Source: Chiloscyllium plagiosum
Lineage: Eukaryota
Assembly: GCF_004010195.1 (NCBI RefSeq)
Contig: NC_057718.1
Location: 18,043,748 to 18,107,747, forward strand
Reading direction: 5' to 3'
Length of the DNA: 64,000 bases
Notes under the pieces: generated by a model
Told to the model about the DNA's origin: nothing
What the model saw: only the letters and a program-made list of their open reading frames with translations
Databases searched by the model: none
Position numbers and translations under genes: made by a program
Shown here: one piece after another, positions 49,068 through 61,222 of the stretch
Position numbering within the stretch: the stretch's first letter is position 1
Layout: each line of letters starts with the position of its first letter

Positions 49068-51564
49068 AGGTGAACATGTTGCCAATTGAGTAACAACTGA
49101 CACTCTTATATAATTTGTTTGCTTATGGTTCTCTGAAGCTTCTTCAGATATTTTATTACTTTAAGGATTTATTGGATGAGAGAATGTCACTCCTGCACAG
49201 TGGTCAAGGCCCACTGTTTGGTTTAATGGAAGCAGAGACCTGAACAACACCAGGTCCGTGGGAATGCTTCATATTGGCATTGTATTACATTTCAAACATC
49301 CAAATTATTTTGACATGTCTGTAAGATTTGAATTGAAATGATGTTTGGGGGAGGGGGAAGGATGACTTTACACCTATCCATGCTTTCTCAGCTTCCTAGC
49401 ATTTCAAGGAATCAGTATTGGTCAAGGATACCCAAGAAAACCGAAGAAACAGCTACTGACACCATCTGTGTGTGGAGACAATGGAACTGGATAAAATAGC
49501 GTTATTTTTTAGTCAACTGCAGAGAGACCACGTAGACAGATTACTGAAACCTTTAGAGAGACTGTCTCACAGTGGCGGTGAGCTCAGATCAGCATGCAAT
49601 CATTGGATGCCAACAGCTAATTAATTATTCACAATGTAGAAGGACTAACTCCTGAGGCAGATCCACTCAAGCTTTAAGTATCTAAGCCCAAAGCCTGGTG
49701 ATTTACAGGTCTACACAACTGATGCGATGCCCTACCTAAAGAACTGGTTATCAACATTTCCAAATCTACCGGTAAAACAACAAAAGAATGAATTTTCTCT
49801 ATAAATGAAAAATATACATCATCATTTACTGCCACGGCAGTTTGATTATAGCGTGGTGTCCTACCCTCAGTGTGACAAGATTCCAGCTGGGTAGTGTGTA
49901 AATCCTCTCATTAGAAATTACTTTAATGTGTACTGCTCTCTGCTTCCTGGTGTTCATCTCCCCAACAGCCAAAGAAAACATTCACTGCAGTGTATAATTT
50001 TCACTCTATGCAAAGTGTGATGGAAGATACTCTGAGGCAATGACCACTGAACCAGGCAATAAAAATGGCCTAATGAGACAATTAGCTGTGATTCTGGAGC
50101 TAGAAGAGATTGAGGAGGATATAGCGAGAAGATTGCCTTGAGCAGAATCAAGCAGAGGTGGAATTATTATCCTAAATAGACTTTTCCTATTCCAAACATT
50201 CTTTTATGAAGTTCACTTAAACAGGACTTTGGGTCTGTCAATGTTTTAAACTTAGTGCTGATTGTATAAAAATGAAACAACAAGATGGTTGTGTCCTTAT
50301 GTTCTTAATCACCTTTCAATTTTCTTAATGCTGGAACCCATTGCATCATGTGATTTCAGTCAAGTCTTCTTGCTCCTTTTCCTTTCCTACTGCACATGGA
50401 TTTATCTATCTGTTCTCTCCATCTGAGAAAAGACCTCCTAATTTAAGCACTAAGCCATTGCGATCTGTGCTTCATGAAACTCTTAACTGCAAAAAGCCAT
50501 CGAACAACAGAGGGTGAAACTTTAATGTAAATCCATTTAGAAATATATGCTCATTCTTCATCATTGGCCATATGAGCAAACGTCTATCTACTTGCAACTA
50601 TAAGATTGAGGGTATACATTGTGTTACACGATGTCTCATGGTCAAAGATGATTGGCAACCAAAACTGCTCAGTTCACTGCAGAGCTCTGCTCTCAAATAC
50701 TTGCTGGCATAGTTTATAGAAAGCTGAGGTTTTCCCAGGTTCAATGGGAAGACCATCAAACAAATGCCCCTTGAAGTCAATTTTACAAACATCTAGACAA
50801 AACTCTTGCAAAATCAACTACGATGGACTGGAGACTATTTCGAGTATCTCTCCCTCAATGCTACAGAAATGTACAGAAGCTCTATGCCACAACTTTGGCA
50901 TTAATGAGTGGGAGGAGCTTGCTCCTAATTGTTCAAAATAGTGACAACCTGTCCATCAAGCTGTATCATGCTTTGAGTCCAAATGCCTTCATGGTAAGGC
51001 AGAGTGATGTCAGGGAAGGGAAGGTGAGGAAACAAGCCCTGTCCCCTGTATCCCACCACTCATAGGATAAACTGCCCCATATGACTGAGGATCTACGGAC
51101 TGAGAATCACCTTGTTCAGTCACATCACATCCCATGACAAGGTATTGTTGGAACAGATATATGCTTTTTAGACTCCAAAGAGGAGTCATGTTGGATTCAA
51201 ATTGTTCACACTGTTTCCCTCTCTGTGGAGCTATTGAGTTTCTCCAGCACCTTTTGTCTTTATTTAAGATCTCAAACAATGTGAACATAACCTGATTTAA
51301 ATAACCCGAGTTGCTCCCAGTGTTATGTGAAATGTGTACGGCCAAATTAAATACGTACCAAACCTTGGTTAGCCCACACTTGGAAAATTACATTGTTATT
51401 TTTCCAATATTATGAAAATATCGAGAATATAGAGATGTTTCAAAATATTTTATAGACACCCATCAGAACTGTGAGGTTATGTCTATCAGCACAAGCTAAT
51501 TAATCTAGATTTCCTCTTCCACAAAAGAAGGCTGATGACTGAGCAGAAATTATGAACCTTTTTT

Positions 51565-52310
51565 TCTTCATTCATGGGATTTGGATGTCCCAGTTGGGTC
51601 AGCATTTATTGACCATCTCTTGTTGCCCTTCAAAAGGTGGTGAAGAGCTGTCTTCTTGAACCACTGCAGTCCGTGTGCTGTAGATACATCCACAAGGCTG
51701 TTAGGGAGGGATTCCAGGATTTTGATCCAGTGATACTGAGGAATGGCAGTATATTTCCAAGTCAGGATGGTGAGTGGCTTGGAAGGGAACTTGTTGGTGG
51801 TGGAGTTTCCATGCATTTGCTGCCCTTGCCCTTCTCATATGTTTGGAAGATGCTATGTTGGTGAATTTCTGTAGCATATCTTGTAGGTAGTACACACTAC
51901 TGCTACTGAGCATTGATGGTGGAGGGAACAGATGTTCACAGATGTCCTGGGTGGTGTCGATCTTCTTGAATGCTGTTGAAGTTACCCTCATTTCAAGCAA
52001 GTGGGGAGTATTCCATCAAACTCCTGACTTGTTCCATGGAGACGGTTTACAGATTTTGGGGAGTTAGGAAGTGAGTACCTCACTGCAGGGTTTCTAGCCT
52101 CTGACCTTTTCTTGTCACTCTTGTATTTCCATGGCTAATCCATTTCAGTTTCTGGTCAATGGTAACTCCCTGGATGTTGACAGTGGGGGATTCATTGATG
52201 GCAATTCCAAAGAATATCAATGGGTAATTGTTGAATTCTCATTTGTTGGAGATGGTCATTATCTGATACCTGTGGGGAAGAATGTTACTTGCCCCTAGTC
52301 AGCCCATCCC
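51565..52310 (-). mobile_element. Ancient LINE 3' remnant (same family as 32797-33265)
   Basis: KKIDTTQD...; shared 3' region KFPSKPLTILTW. Confidence 0.6.
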
Positions 52311-53267
52311 TGGATATTTCATAGAGTACAGAGGAAATACTACAATTTGTGGACAAGAGCTGAACTTAGAGACACAATATACACTAGTCACTAAGAACCC
52401 AATGGCAAGTTATTTAGTGAGTGGTGATTGTATGGAACTCATGATGACAGGAGTGCTTGAGGTTACTAGAATTGATATATTTAAGGAGAAGATAGATGAG
52501 TATCTGAGGGAGAAGGGACAAAGGGGTTAGACTGATGGAATTAGATAATGAGGATGGGAGGAGGTTCCAGCATGAATTAATTGGGCTGAACAGCCTGTTT
52601 CTGGTCTGTGATTTTTTAAATCTCTGCACTCCCACTCTGCTCCTTTGATCTCTGCACATGTTTGCTGGAAGGAGCCAGATTGTGCAGTGGGTGCAGGATC
52701 TTGTCTGATACAGCGTCAGTGTCTCTTGGCAGGCTGGCTGTGTGGTGAGAGATATAACAGGGAGCCAACAGGAATCTGTCAGCTTGCATCAAAATGACCT
52801 TCGTCTGGGCAGCTAAACTGTTGGTGCAGAAAGCCTCTTTGTTCTCATCATTCCATCTGGATTTCGCAGCCAGCAAACTAGCTCCCCACTCTGCTAAGAG
52901 CCAATTTACCAACTGACCAGGGATTCAGGTCACATCGGGCTGATGCAGGCTGTAACCTTGTGTTCTGAATAGCAACGAGCTGGGTCAGCAGAGATGGCCC
53001 TGTCTGAAGTGAATTGTACAGTAGGATTCCGTCATTGTCATTCACAAACGATGATTTAATAGCCACTAACATCCGACAAGGCGTGGGTCTAGGGAGGGAG
53101 ATTCGACCCAGCCAGCTTGTGTAGAGCTGAGCTTTGCGCAATTCATTAGGACCAATCATCTCCACAGCCGGTGACAGATTTCAGCTAATTGTAATTCAGA
53201 GCACAAGGATAAAGTCTAAATCAGCAAGATGTGACCTGACTCAATGCTGACAAGGTAATAAGCAATA

Positions 53268-53640
53268 AAAGAAAGACTTGCATTTATATAGACTTGCTTT
53301 TCATGACCTCTGGACATCCCTGATACTTCATAGCACAGTGAAGTACTTTTGAAGTGTCATTGCTGTTGTAACATAGAAAATGCAAATTTGAGTACAGCAA
53401 GATCCTCAGACAATAATGACCCGATCATCTGTTTTTAAGAGATATTAGCTGAGGTATAAATAATTGACCTGCACACTAGGGAGAATTCTGCTACTCTCAG
53501 GTTCTTTCATGTCCACTTAGGAGGGCAGTCAGAGACTCAGTTTAACATCACAATGGAAGAAGATATTGCAGCTGTTCCTCAATATTAGGTCACATCCTGC
53601 AGTTCGCATTCAAGTCTCTGGAGTTGGACTTGAATGCACA
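53268..53640 (-). mobile_element. Deu-domain SINE remnant
   Basis: AAAGACTTGCATTTATATAG end; CTTTCATGTCCACTTAGGAGGGCAG...CAGTTTAACATC. Confidence 0.55.
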
Positions 53641-55348
53641 ACTTTCTGAAGCAAATCTGGAACCTCCTAATACTGGCATAGGCCATCAGCTGTGGAGTCA
53701 GCGAGATACCCATGTCACTTTTACTTCAGAATGCACACTTGCACCTTGCATTCAAGCCTTGGACAGGCCATTAGCAGGCCTTCCCCTACAGAAGCAAGGA
53801 CCGTGGCCCTGCAGAGAGCTTCTGGCCTATCAGGGGAAGGGCTCTACATCTGTTTTTAACATCATCCTATCAGGTGGCTGGATGTCATTTACCGCAGCTT
53901 TTAGGTTGAGGAGGCCCAACGCCACAGATGGCTGATGGTGGCCTTGGAATTGTGGGGCGGGTGTCAGAAGAACAGATGGCTTTCAACACACCCCCTTTCC
54001 TGATGTTGAGTCCCTCAATCAGGTACAACATTCTTTTGAACCCTGTGCCCCCATGCCCAGAATTCCTACAAATCTAAAAACCTTCCAGTAGGTACAACAA
54101 AGCATCCTCTCTTGGTGAGGCTGCAATGCAGGTGGGATTGACTCTTTAAGCGGGCGGTAATTGGTCACTTAAGGGCTTCAATTGGTGGGGTCTAGTTGGG
54201 CCAATTCACCACAGATCCTCCCATGTCATGAAAGATTCCCTCCCACTGTCAAACCCATCACAGGGAAGGCACAGATTCTGCCCAGTGCTACCAAGTGAGC
54301 CACAGCTGATATCCCACATGAAGCAGTTAAAGGGGTGGTTTTTGTTGTGAAATTCAGGGGCAGCAAGGGAAAGCAGAAGCTTGCATTTATGCTGCAGTCA
54401 TGAATAACAAATGTTTCCAATGAGCAAATATGAATAATTTTCCCCTTTGGGTAGCCCAGTAACATCAGATGGGAAAAGTGATGAAAACATCAGGAATGTG
54501 ACAACACTCACTAAACAAACATTCAAAATAAATTCCCAGATCTCTTTGTAATATGGAAATCTCTATGGAAAGGAGGATGACATTAGAAAAATGTTACATC
54601 TGGTCCATGTTGCCAAGTGGATTGAAATGTTGGAATGTTGACAAGATAACGAAAGACAAATGATAGACAACAGAGATATGGCTTTCGAGACAAATTAAGC
54701 ATGTAGTGTAAAGGGTTAATGTGAATACATAAATAAAATTATTTAGTGATGTCAGACAACCTAGAGAAGGTGGTTCTCTCTGATAGTCTCATGGCAGCAG
54801 AGAAGACCTGACCTGTACAGAGTTATTGTTGCTATATTTCAACACAAATGGAATGACTGACCCTCTATCAAAAGTCTGACCTTCTTTCCCTGACTCAACC
54901 ATAGTGTACATAGGATTAGTTGGGCAAGATTCACAACTGAGGAAAGCAGGAAAACAAAACGTTTGGAGCTGGTCACTAAGAAGCAACGACGTTTTGCTGA
55001 GACGTACTTCGGAGAAGGAAACCAGAACATCCAATAGTGACTGGTCAAACTGCAGGAAGCAGAACAGTGGGAAGGTGAAGGAAGAAAACCATCGACAGCA
55101 TTAGAACAGAATGGTTACAAGTTTGGCACACAACTTCAAGGACCACGAAGGGTGAAGAGTCACGATTATCACCAGGAGAAGAAGTAAGAGCAACCGGAAG
55201 GTGACATCCATTTCAACCAGCTCAAGTTGTCCTTTTCTTAAAGAGAGTGTCTAAGGACATGGCTGAAGACGTAGGCTTTGTGGAAACCTTTTAAGACAGG
55301 ATGGGAATAAGCAAGGTGAAAAAGATTAGAGAGTGTTTCAGAATGAAG

Positions 55349-55479
55349 TTAAACATCACACAACACCAGGTTATAGGCCAACAGGTTTAATGCTTCCATT
55401 TAAACCTGTTGGACTATAACCTGGTGTTGTGTGATTTTTAACTTTGTACGCCCCAGTCCAACACCGGCATCTCCAATTC
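55349..55479. mobile_element. Family-B PLE terminal hairpin mini-insert, 10-bp TSD
   Basis: ~45-bp inverted arms (ATCACACAACACCAGGTTATAG..CAACAGGTTT / AAACCTGTTGGACTATAACCTGGTGTTGTGTGAT); CAGAATGAAG at 55339-55348 and 55480-55489. Confidence 0.75.
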
Positions 55480-55513
55480 CAGAATGAAGGCTACTATTTT
55501 AAAAATTTTTTTT

Positions 55514-55705
55514 CAAAGATGTGCAGGTTAGGTGGATTGGCCATGCTCAATTGTCCATTGTATCCAGGGATGTGCAGGCTAGGTAGATTAGTCATGAGAA
55601 ATGCAGGGTGGGATGGGTCAGGGTGCGATGCTCTTTGGAGGGGCATTGTGGACTTGATGGACTGAATGACCTGCTTCTACACTGTAGGGATTCTACGATT
55701 CTATG
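55514..55705 (+). mobile_element. HE1-like SINE 3' half
   Basis: CAAAGATGTGCAGGTTAGGTGGATTGGCCATGC...CTGTAGGGATTCTA. Confidence 0.75.
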
Positions 55706-56959
55706 TCTTGGAATGAAGAGATGAAGAGGGCTGGAAAGACAGCAGGGTCAGAAAGAAGGAGGATAAACACTGGCAAGTAGGGCTGGAGGATATTGCAGAA
55801 GTCAGGAAGGTGATGAGGCAATGGCAAGGGGAATGTGATAACGACCAAAATATGAAACCAATTCACTGAGGAATGAGGGATTGACTTAGTACAAGTTAGA
55901 TATGGGGGAAGAGTTTTGAACAGGTAAGGATTAAAGTAGATTAAAGTAATTAAACCTGTTGGACCATAACCTGGTGTTATGTGACTTTTAACATTGTGAG
56001 GTGGGTTTGATGAAGGAATTAAATGGCTTTTTATGCTCAAATATTTTTCTTGGACAACATATCAGTTCAGGGGGTTTGGCCAATTTGCTAAGGTGTGGGA
56101 GACAGTATATTAATGACCTGGATACAAAAACCAAGTGTAATCTTGTATGAAATTGTTGGTTATTGAATCATAGGTGAGGTTAGGTTAGCTCTGCAATTGG
56201 TCAGAGGACAAACAAAAATGAAAACACAGATAAATATAAGATATTACATAAAATAGTGTATTATTAGCAAGCATGAGTGGAATGGAGAGGATGGAGAAAG
56301 GTCTAGGAGCTAAGGAAGATTTCCAATACAAATTGTTGTCCAGCAATGAAAAAAAGTAAAGATATGGTCACAAAAGGCCTGACCATTTAAAAGTCTGTCG
56401 ATCTTTTCTGTGTGTGACTATTTGGTGGCTATAACACAGCATGTTCACTCAGCTACCTGCTAATGAGGGCAAACATGCAGGTCATAGGTTTCTGCTACCT
56501 TTTCAAATTCCCCAGTTGCTTTCCTCTCACTATCTGAATTCTGAAATCTCCTCCAGCCCCACAACCTTTTCTCATCTCTGTGCTCTTTCACTTCGTATTT
56601 TTTTATTAGCAATCATGCCTTCAGTCACCTGCTCCCAGTTTATAAAATTTCCTCCCAAAATCTCTTTACATTCCTTTTCTCCTTGAAGACACTCCTTTAA
56701 ACCTATCTCTTTGATCAAGCTTTTATCTATCTGACCTAATATGTCCTTCCCTGCCTCAGTATTAAAACATTGTTTCACAATACTCCCATGAAGCACCTTG
56801 GGATATTTGTCTACATTAAGGTCGATTTACATACACTCATTCCATTACTACAGCTCCACCAGTACACAAGGAGCTTGACACCATGGGTAGCGTTGTAGAA
56901 CAGAGTGACCTAGTAGTTCCGTTACATAATTCTTTGAAACTTTCATCACAGGTAGACAC

Positions 56960-57175
56960 ACTCACCTATTGTACTCTATGCTACTTTCTCCCCACCCCCA
57001 CCCTCCTCTAGCTCATCTCTCCATGCTTCAGGCTCTCTGCCTTTATTCCTGATGAAGGGCTTTTGCCTGAAACGTCAATTTCGCTGCTCCTTGGATGCTG
57101 CCTGAACTGCTGTGCTCTTCCAGCACCACTAATCCAGAATCTGGTTTCCAGCATCTGCAGTCATTGTTTTTACCA
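56960..57175 (+). mobile_element. PLE family A terminus with hammerhead
   Basis: ATTC-CTGATGA-A-GGGC-TTTT-GCCT-GAAAC-GTC-AATT (57045-57080); matches 24290-24510. Confidence 0.82.
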
Positions 57176-57228
57176 CAATGGTTAGGAAGGCATTTAGCCT
57201 TCATCGCTCAGACCTTTGAGTATAAGAG

Positions 57229-57314
57229 GCTGACGAAGGGCTTTTGCCCGAAACTTCGATTTTTCTGCTCCTCTGCCTGACCTGCTCTGCTTTTCCAACA
57301 CCACTCTAATCTTG
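57229..57314 (+). mobile_element. ~86-bp hammerhead mini-insert, ~16-bp TSD
   Basis: CTGACGA-A-GGGC-TTTT-GCCC-GAAAC-TTC from 57230; CCTTTGAGTATAAGAG (57213-57228) / CCTTTGAGTATAGGAG (57315-57330). Confidence 0.8.
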
Positions 57315-58719
57315 CCTTTGAGTATAGGAGTTGGGACAACATGTTGAGGTTGTACAGGATGTTGGTGAGGCCCCTTCTGGAGTATTGTGTCCAGTTCTGG
57401 TCGCCCTGCTGTCAGAAGGATATTATTAAATTGGAGAGGGTTCAGAAAAGATTTACCAGCATGTTGCTGGGAATGGAGAGTTAGAGATATAAAAATAGAC
57501 TGGAAAGGCTGGGACTTTTCTTGGTGGAGTGTAGGAGGTTGAGAGGTGATCTTATGGAAGTTTATAAAATCATGAGGGACATCGATAAGGTGACAACGGT
57601 CTTTTGCCTAGGGTGGAGAGTTCAAAACAATGGGGCAATTTTTTAATCTGAGAGGAAAAAGATTTTAAAAAGACATGGGGAAACCGTTTTTCACACAGAG
57701 TGGTTTGTGTGTGGAATGAATTGCAAGAGAAAGTGTTGAATGCAGGTTCAGTTACAACATTTAAAAGTCACTTGGATACGTTCCTGAATAACAAAGGTTT
57801 AGAGGGATATGGACTAAGCTCAGGCAAGTGGGATTATTTTAGTTTGGGAACATGGTCTGTATGGACTGGTTGGACCAAAGGGTCTTTTTCCATACAATAT
57901 GACTCTATGATTCTAAGTTCCCCTGCAATACAGTCACCATCCTGACTTGGAAAGGTATCACTGTTCCTTCAGTGTCAAAATCCTTGAACTCTCTCCCTAA
58001 CAACATTGTGGGTTTCCCTACACTACATGGACCGCAGGAGTTTAAGAAGGCAGTTCATTATCACCTTTTACAGGGCATCTAAGGATGGGCAATAAATACT
58101 GGCTTAGACAATGACACCCAGATCCCATAGAGGAATTTAAAAAAATGTAACATCCTTTGGTTGTTGATACTTTCACCAATAGGAACAATTTCTCCTTAAC
58201 TAGTCTGCCTTGACCCTCCACTCAGGATTTTAAACACCTCCATCAAACCTCCTCTTCATGCCCACATCCTGTGAAAAATTAAAAATAAATTATAACATGT
58301 GCATCTGGTAACTACCATCTGTGTAGAAGAGGTGACAAGATTTTTCAATGATAAGGGCTAAATTGGCAAGGTATTTCTGGGCAGCACTGCTTCTGAACAG
58401 ATGCTACTTCCTGGTCATTCACATCGTGAACAGAGCTTGCAAAGTTGATGCAGTACTCTGTGTTGTACAATTTTAGAAAAGGTGAGGAAACACTCTGGCT
58501 AGTAATTATTTGACTATCTCAAGATGGCTGCCAACCACATTAAAATGACACCATAGGCCAGCTAAATGCTTGAGGACCAACAAACCGAGTTTGAAATGTG
58601 AAATGGAAAATGTGAAATGTAATATTTGAAACGGACAAAAATGCAGACTGACGGTTCCTGTTATTCCATGTTATAATGAGACAAGGCCTATAACTGGTGA
58701 CAAATGTGATAACTCTGCA

Positions 58720-59035
58720 GGGCAGCACGGTGGCTCAGTGATTAGCGCTGCCACCTCATAGTGGCAGGAGCCTGGGTTCGGTTCCACCCTCAGGAGACCG
58801 TGTGGTGTTTGCACGTTCTCCCCATGTCTGTGTGGGTTTCCCCCCACAGTCCAAAGTTGTGCTGGTTAGGTAGATTGACCTTACTAAGTTGCCCATAGTG
58901 TCCAGGAGTGTTTAGGCTAGGCAAATTGGCCATGGGAAATGCAGGGTTACAGGTGGTGGTGGGATACTTTTCTGAATGTCAGCATAGATTTGATGGGCTG
59001 AATGATCTGCTTCCATTCTGTAGGAATTCTATGAT
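58720..59035 (+). mobile_element. HE1-like SINE (older)
   Basis: GGGCAGCACGGTGGCTCAGTG head, GGGTTCGGTTCC B box, V-domain and tail. Confidence 0.82.
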
Positions 59036-60773
59036 CCTGTTTTGTGATGCTGTCCAAGTCAAATAGCATTCCCACTATTTCTTCCAATTTTACTTTCAGT
59101 TTTTGCGCATCTTATTATTGGCGCCATCGACCACAAACCAACGTCAATTTTCACTTTCAGCATGTACACCTGTTTCAGTTGGAATCACTGACTGGCAGAT
59201 GGAATGTTTAAAAATATTCTTGCAAACAAAACATACCCCTGCACAGAGAAATTTGAAGAGTACTGCCTTTGGAGCCTCTAGCAATCCAAGTTAAAAATAA
59301 ATAACATGACAATGGAAGCCACCAGCCCAACAGTTCACACCCTCCTTCAGATGAAGGAAATTGCCATGCCTACTTAATATGTTCCCTTGCACTATGTAGG
59401 GGCATCTTTAATACCACTTTGAGGTGACTGAGCAAGCCATTTATTGTAATTCAATAAAGAGACTTAGAAATAATGCCAGTCTTTTCAGAAAAGAATGAGT
59501 CAAGATCCCAATTACTCTGGAATTTTATCTCTTATTGCAAAATATTATAAGCCAAACAATGATATAAAACTCTGGGCATTTTAATTCTCAGCACTGTAAA
59601 GAGGTGAAAAACCCTCAGACTTAATGTTTCTGTGAGAACTGAACTGAACTGAACTTCGATGGTTCCCAGTTGCATTTTAAAATCAATTAATAAGATGTAA
59701 ATGCAAACAAAAAAGTAAATTAAATTAATTATTAATTACAAATGTGGTATTCTCATTCCAATATGACGATGTTGAATGGGCTACATTGCATATGCCCTGA
59801 CACTACAGAAGGCAGATATCCTGCCTGCAAGGGAAAAGCACTTTGGAAAGCCCCTGATATGCAGAAGTGAAGCAAGAGGGTCGTTTCACAGAGTGCTGTG
59901 AGGAATTGATCATGAACAGCAAGCCTTTGATGCAGAGAATGACAGAGAGAGAGATTAGAGCAAGTCTAGGGTGGAGGAGATTTAAAGGAACACTGCATGG
60001 AAACTTGCAGCAGTTTCTGCAGAGGGATGTGTATCATTGGATTCGCCACGGTGTGGGCTAAGACAGACGCTGACACCAGGAGGTCATCAGCAAAATGAAG
60101 TTAAAAGGCCCTTACTGGAATTTTGGGCAGCATCGTTCCAGGATGAATGTTATTCCTCTGGATTTGATTCATGCTGGGGACAGTTCTGATGGTACCTGCA
60201 ACCCTCCAGCACACACCGTAACAACATGAACAACAACTTCTGCTCCCATACCAAGCAACCCTTCAGAGAATCAGCATGACATTTAGCAAATCCCCAAAGC
60301 CCATATCCCCTCACTTTCAAATCAAGGTGATTAAACAAACATTGGTGCACTAATTCTTTCAACACTGCAAATTCTGAAATTGCTCATCCAATCCCAAATC
60401 CACATTGCCAACCCAAACAGGGAGCAGAAGGGTTCCCCGCACCAATCCGTGAACAATTCTCTTCCTTCTGCCAGTTTGAGTAGTTCCCCCTAATCGCTCC
60501 TGTTCTATTTTCTGCAGAGTAGTCCATTTGCTATTCACTCTGTTACTTGTCCCAAGACTCCACATCTTCCGATCTGAGTCGTGAGCCTAATTATGTAGTA
60601 ACTGTGAAAAAGGTGCAGAGCACAACAGTAATTTACAGCTTAATTTAGTTGAAGTACTGTAATAGGGTTCATGGCGCAGTAGGGAGCATCCTTACCTTTT
60701 GGCCAGGAAATCTGGGTTAAAGTCCTACCTCAGGGCCTGATGGTCATGATGACATGACCAAACAGCTCAATTA

Positions 60774-61222
60774 GGCAAAAGTGAGGACTGCAAGTGCTGG
60801 AGATTAGAGTTGAGAGTGAGATGCTGGAAAAGCACAGCAGGTCAGGCAGCATCCGAGGAGTAGGAGAATCGATGTTTCAGGCAAAAGCCCTTCATCAGAA
60901 ATGAGGCTGTGAGCCGGGAGGGATGGTGAGATAAATTGGAGGGTGTGGGGCTGGGGGGAAGGTAGATGAGACTGCAATAGGTGGATGGAAGTGGGGAGAA
61001 GGTAATAGGTCGGAGAAGAGGGTGGATGGATTGGTGGGAAGGAAGATGGACAGGTCATGAGGGCGGTGCAGAGTTAGAAGGCTGGAAGTGGGATAAGGTG
61101 GGAGGAGGGGAAATGAAGAAACTGGTGAAATCCACATTGATACCGTGTGGTTGGAGGGTCTCAAAGTGGAAGATGAGGCGTTCTTCCTCAAGGCGTTGAG
61201 TGGTTATCTGCATATCCTCCCA
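60774..61222 (-). mobile_element. Penelope-like family A 3' end (GIY-YIG tail + terminus with hammerhead)
   Basis: QRLEEERLIFHFETLQPHGINVDFTSF; hammerhead at 60867-60898 (CTGATGA-A-GGGC-TTTT-GCCT-GAAAC-ATC). Confidence 0.85.

Larger units (their letters stand above)
56888..57912 (+). mobile_element. CR1 LINE 3' fragment carrying two PLE mini-inserts
   Basis: LVRPLLEYCVQFWSP, VCVWNELQ, TATGACTCTATGATTCTA tail; inserts at 56960-57175 and 57229-57314. Confidence 0.85.
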
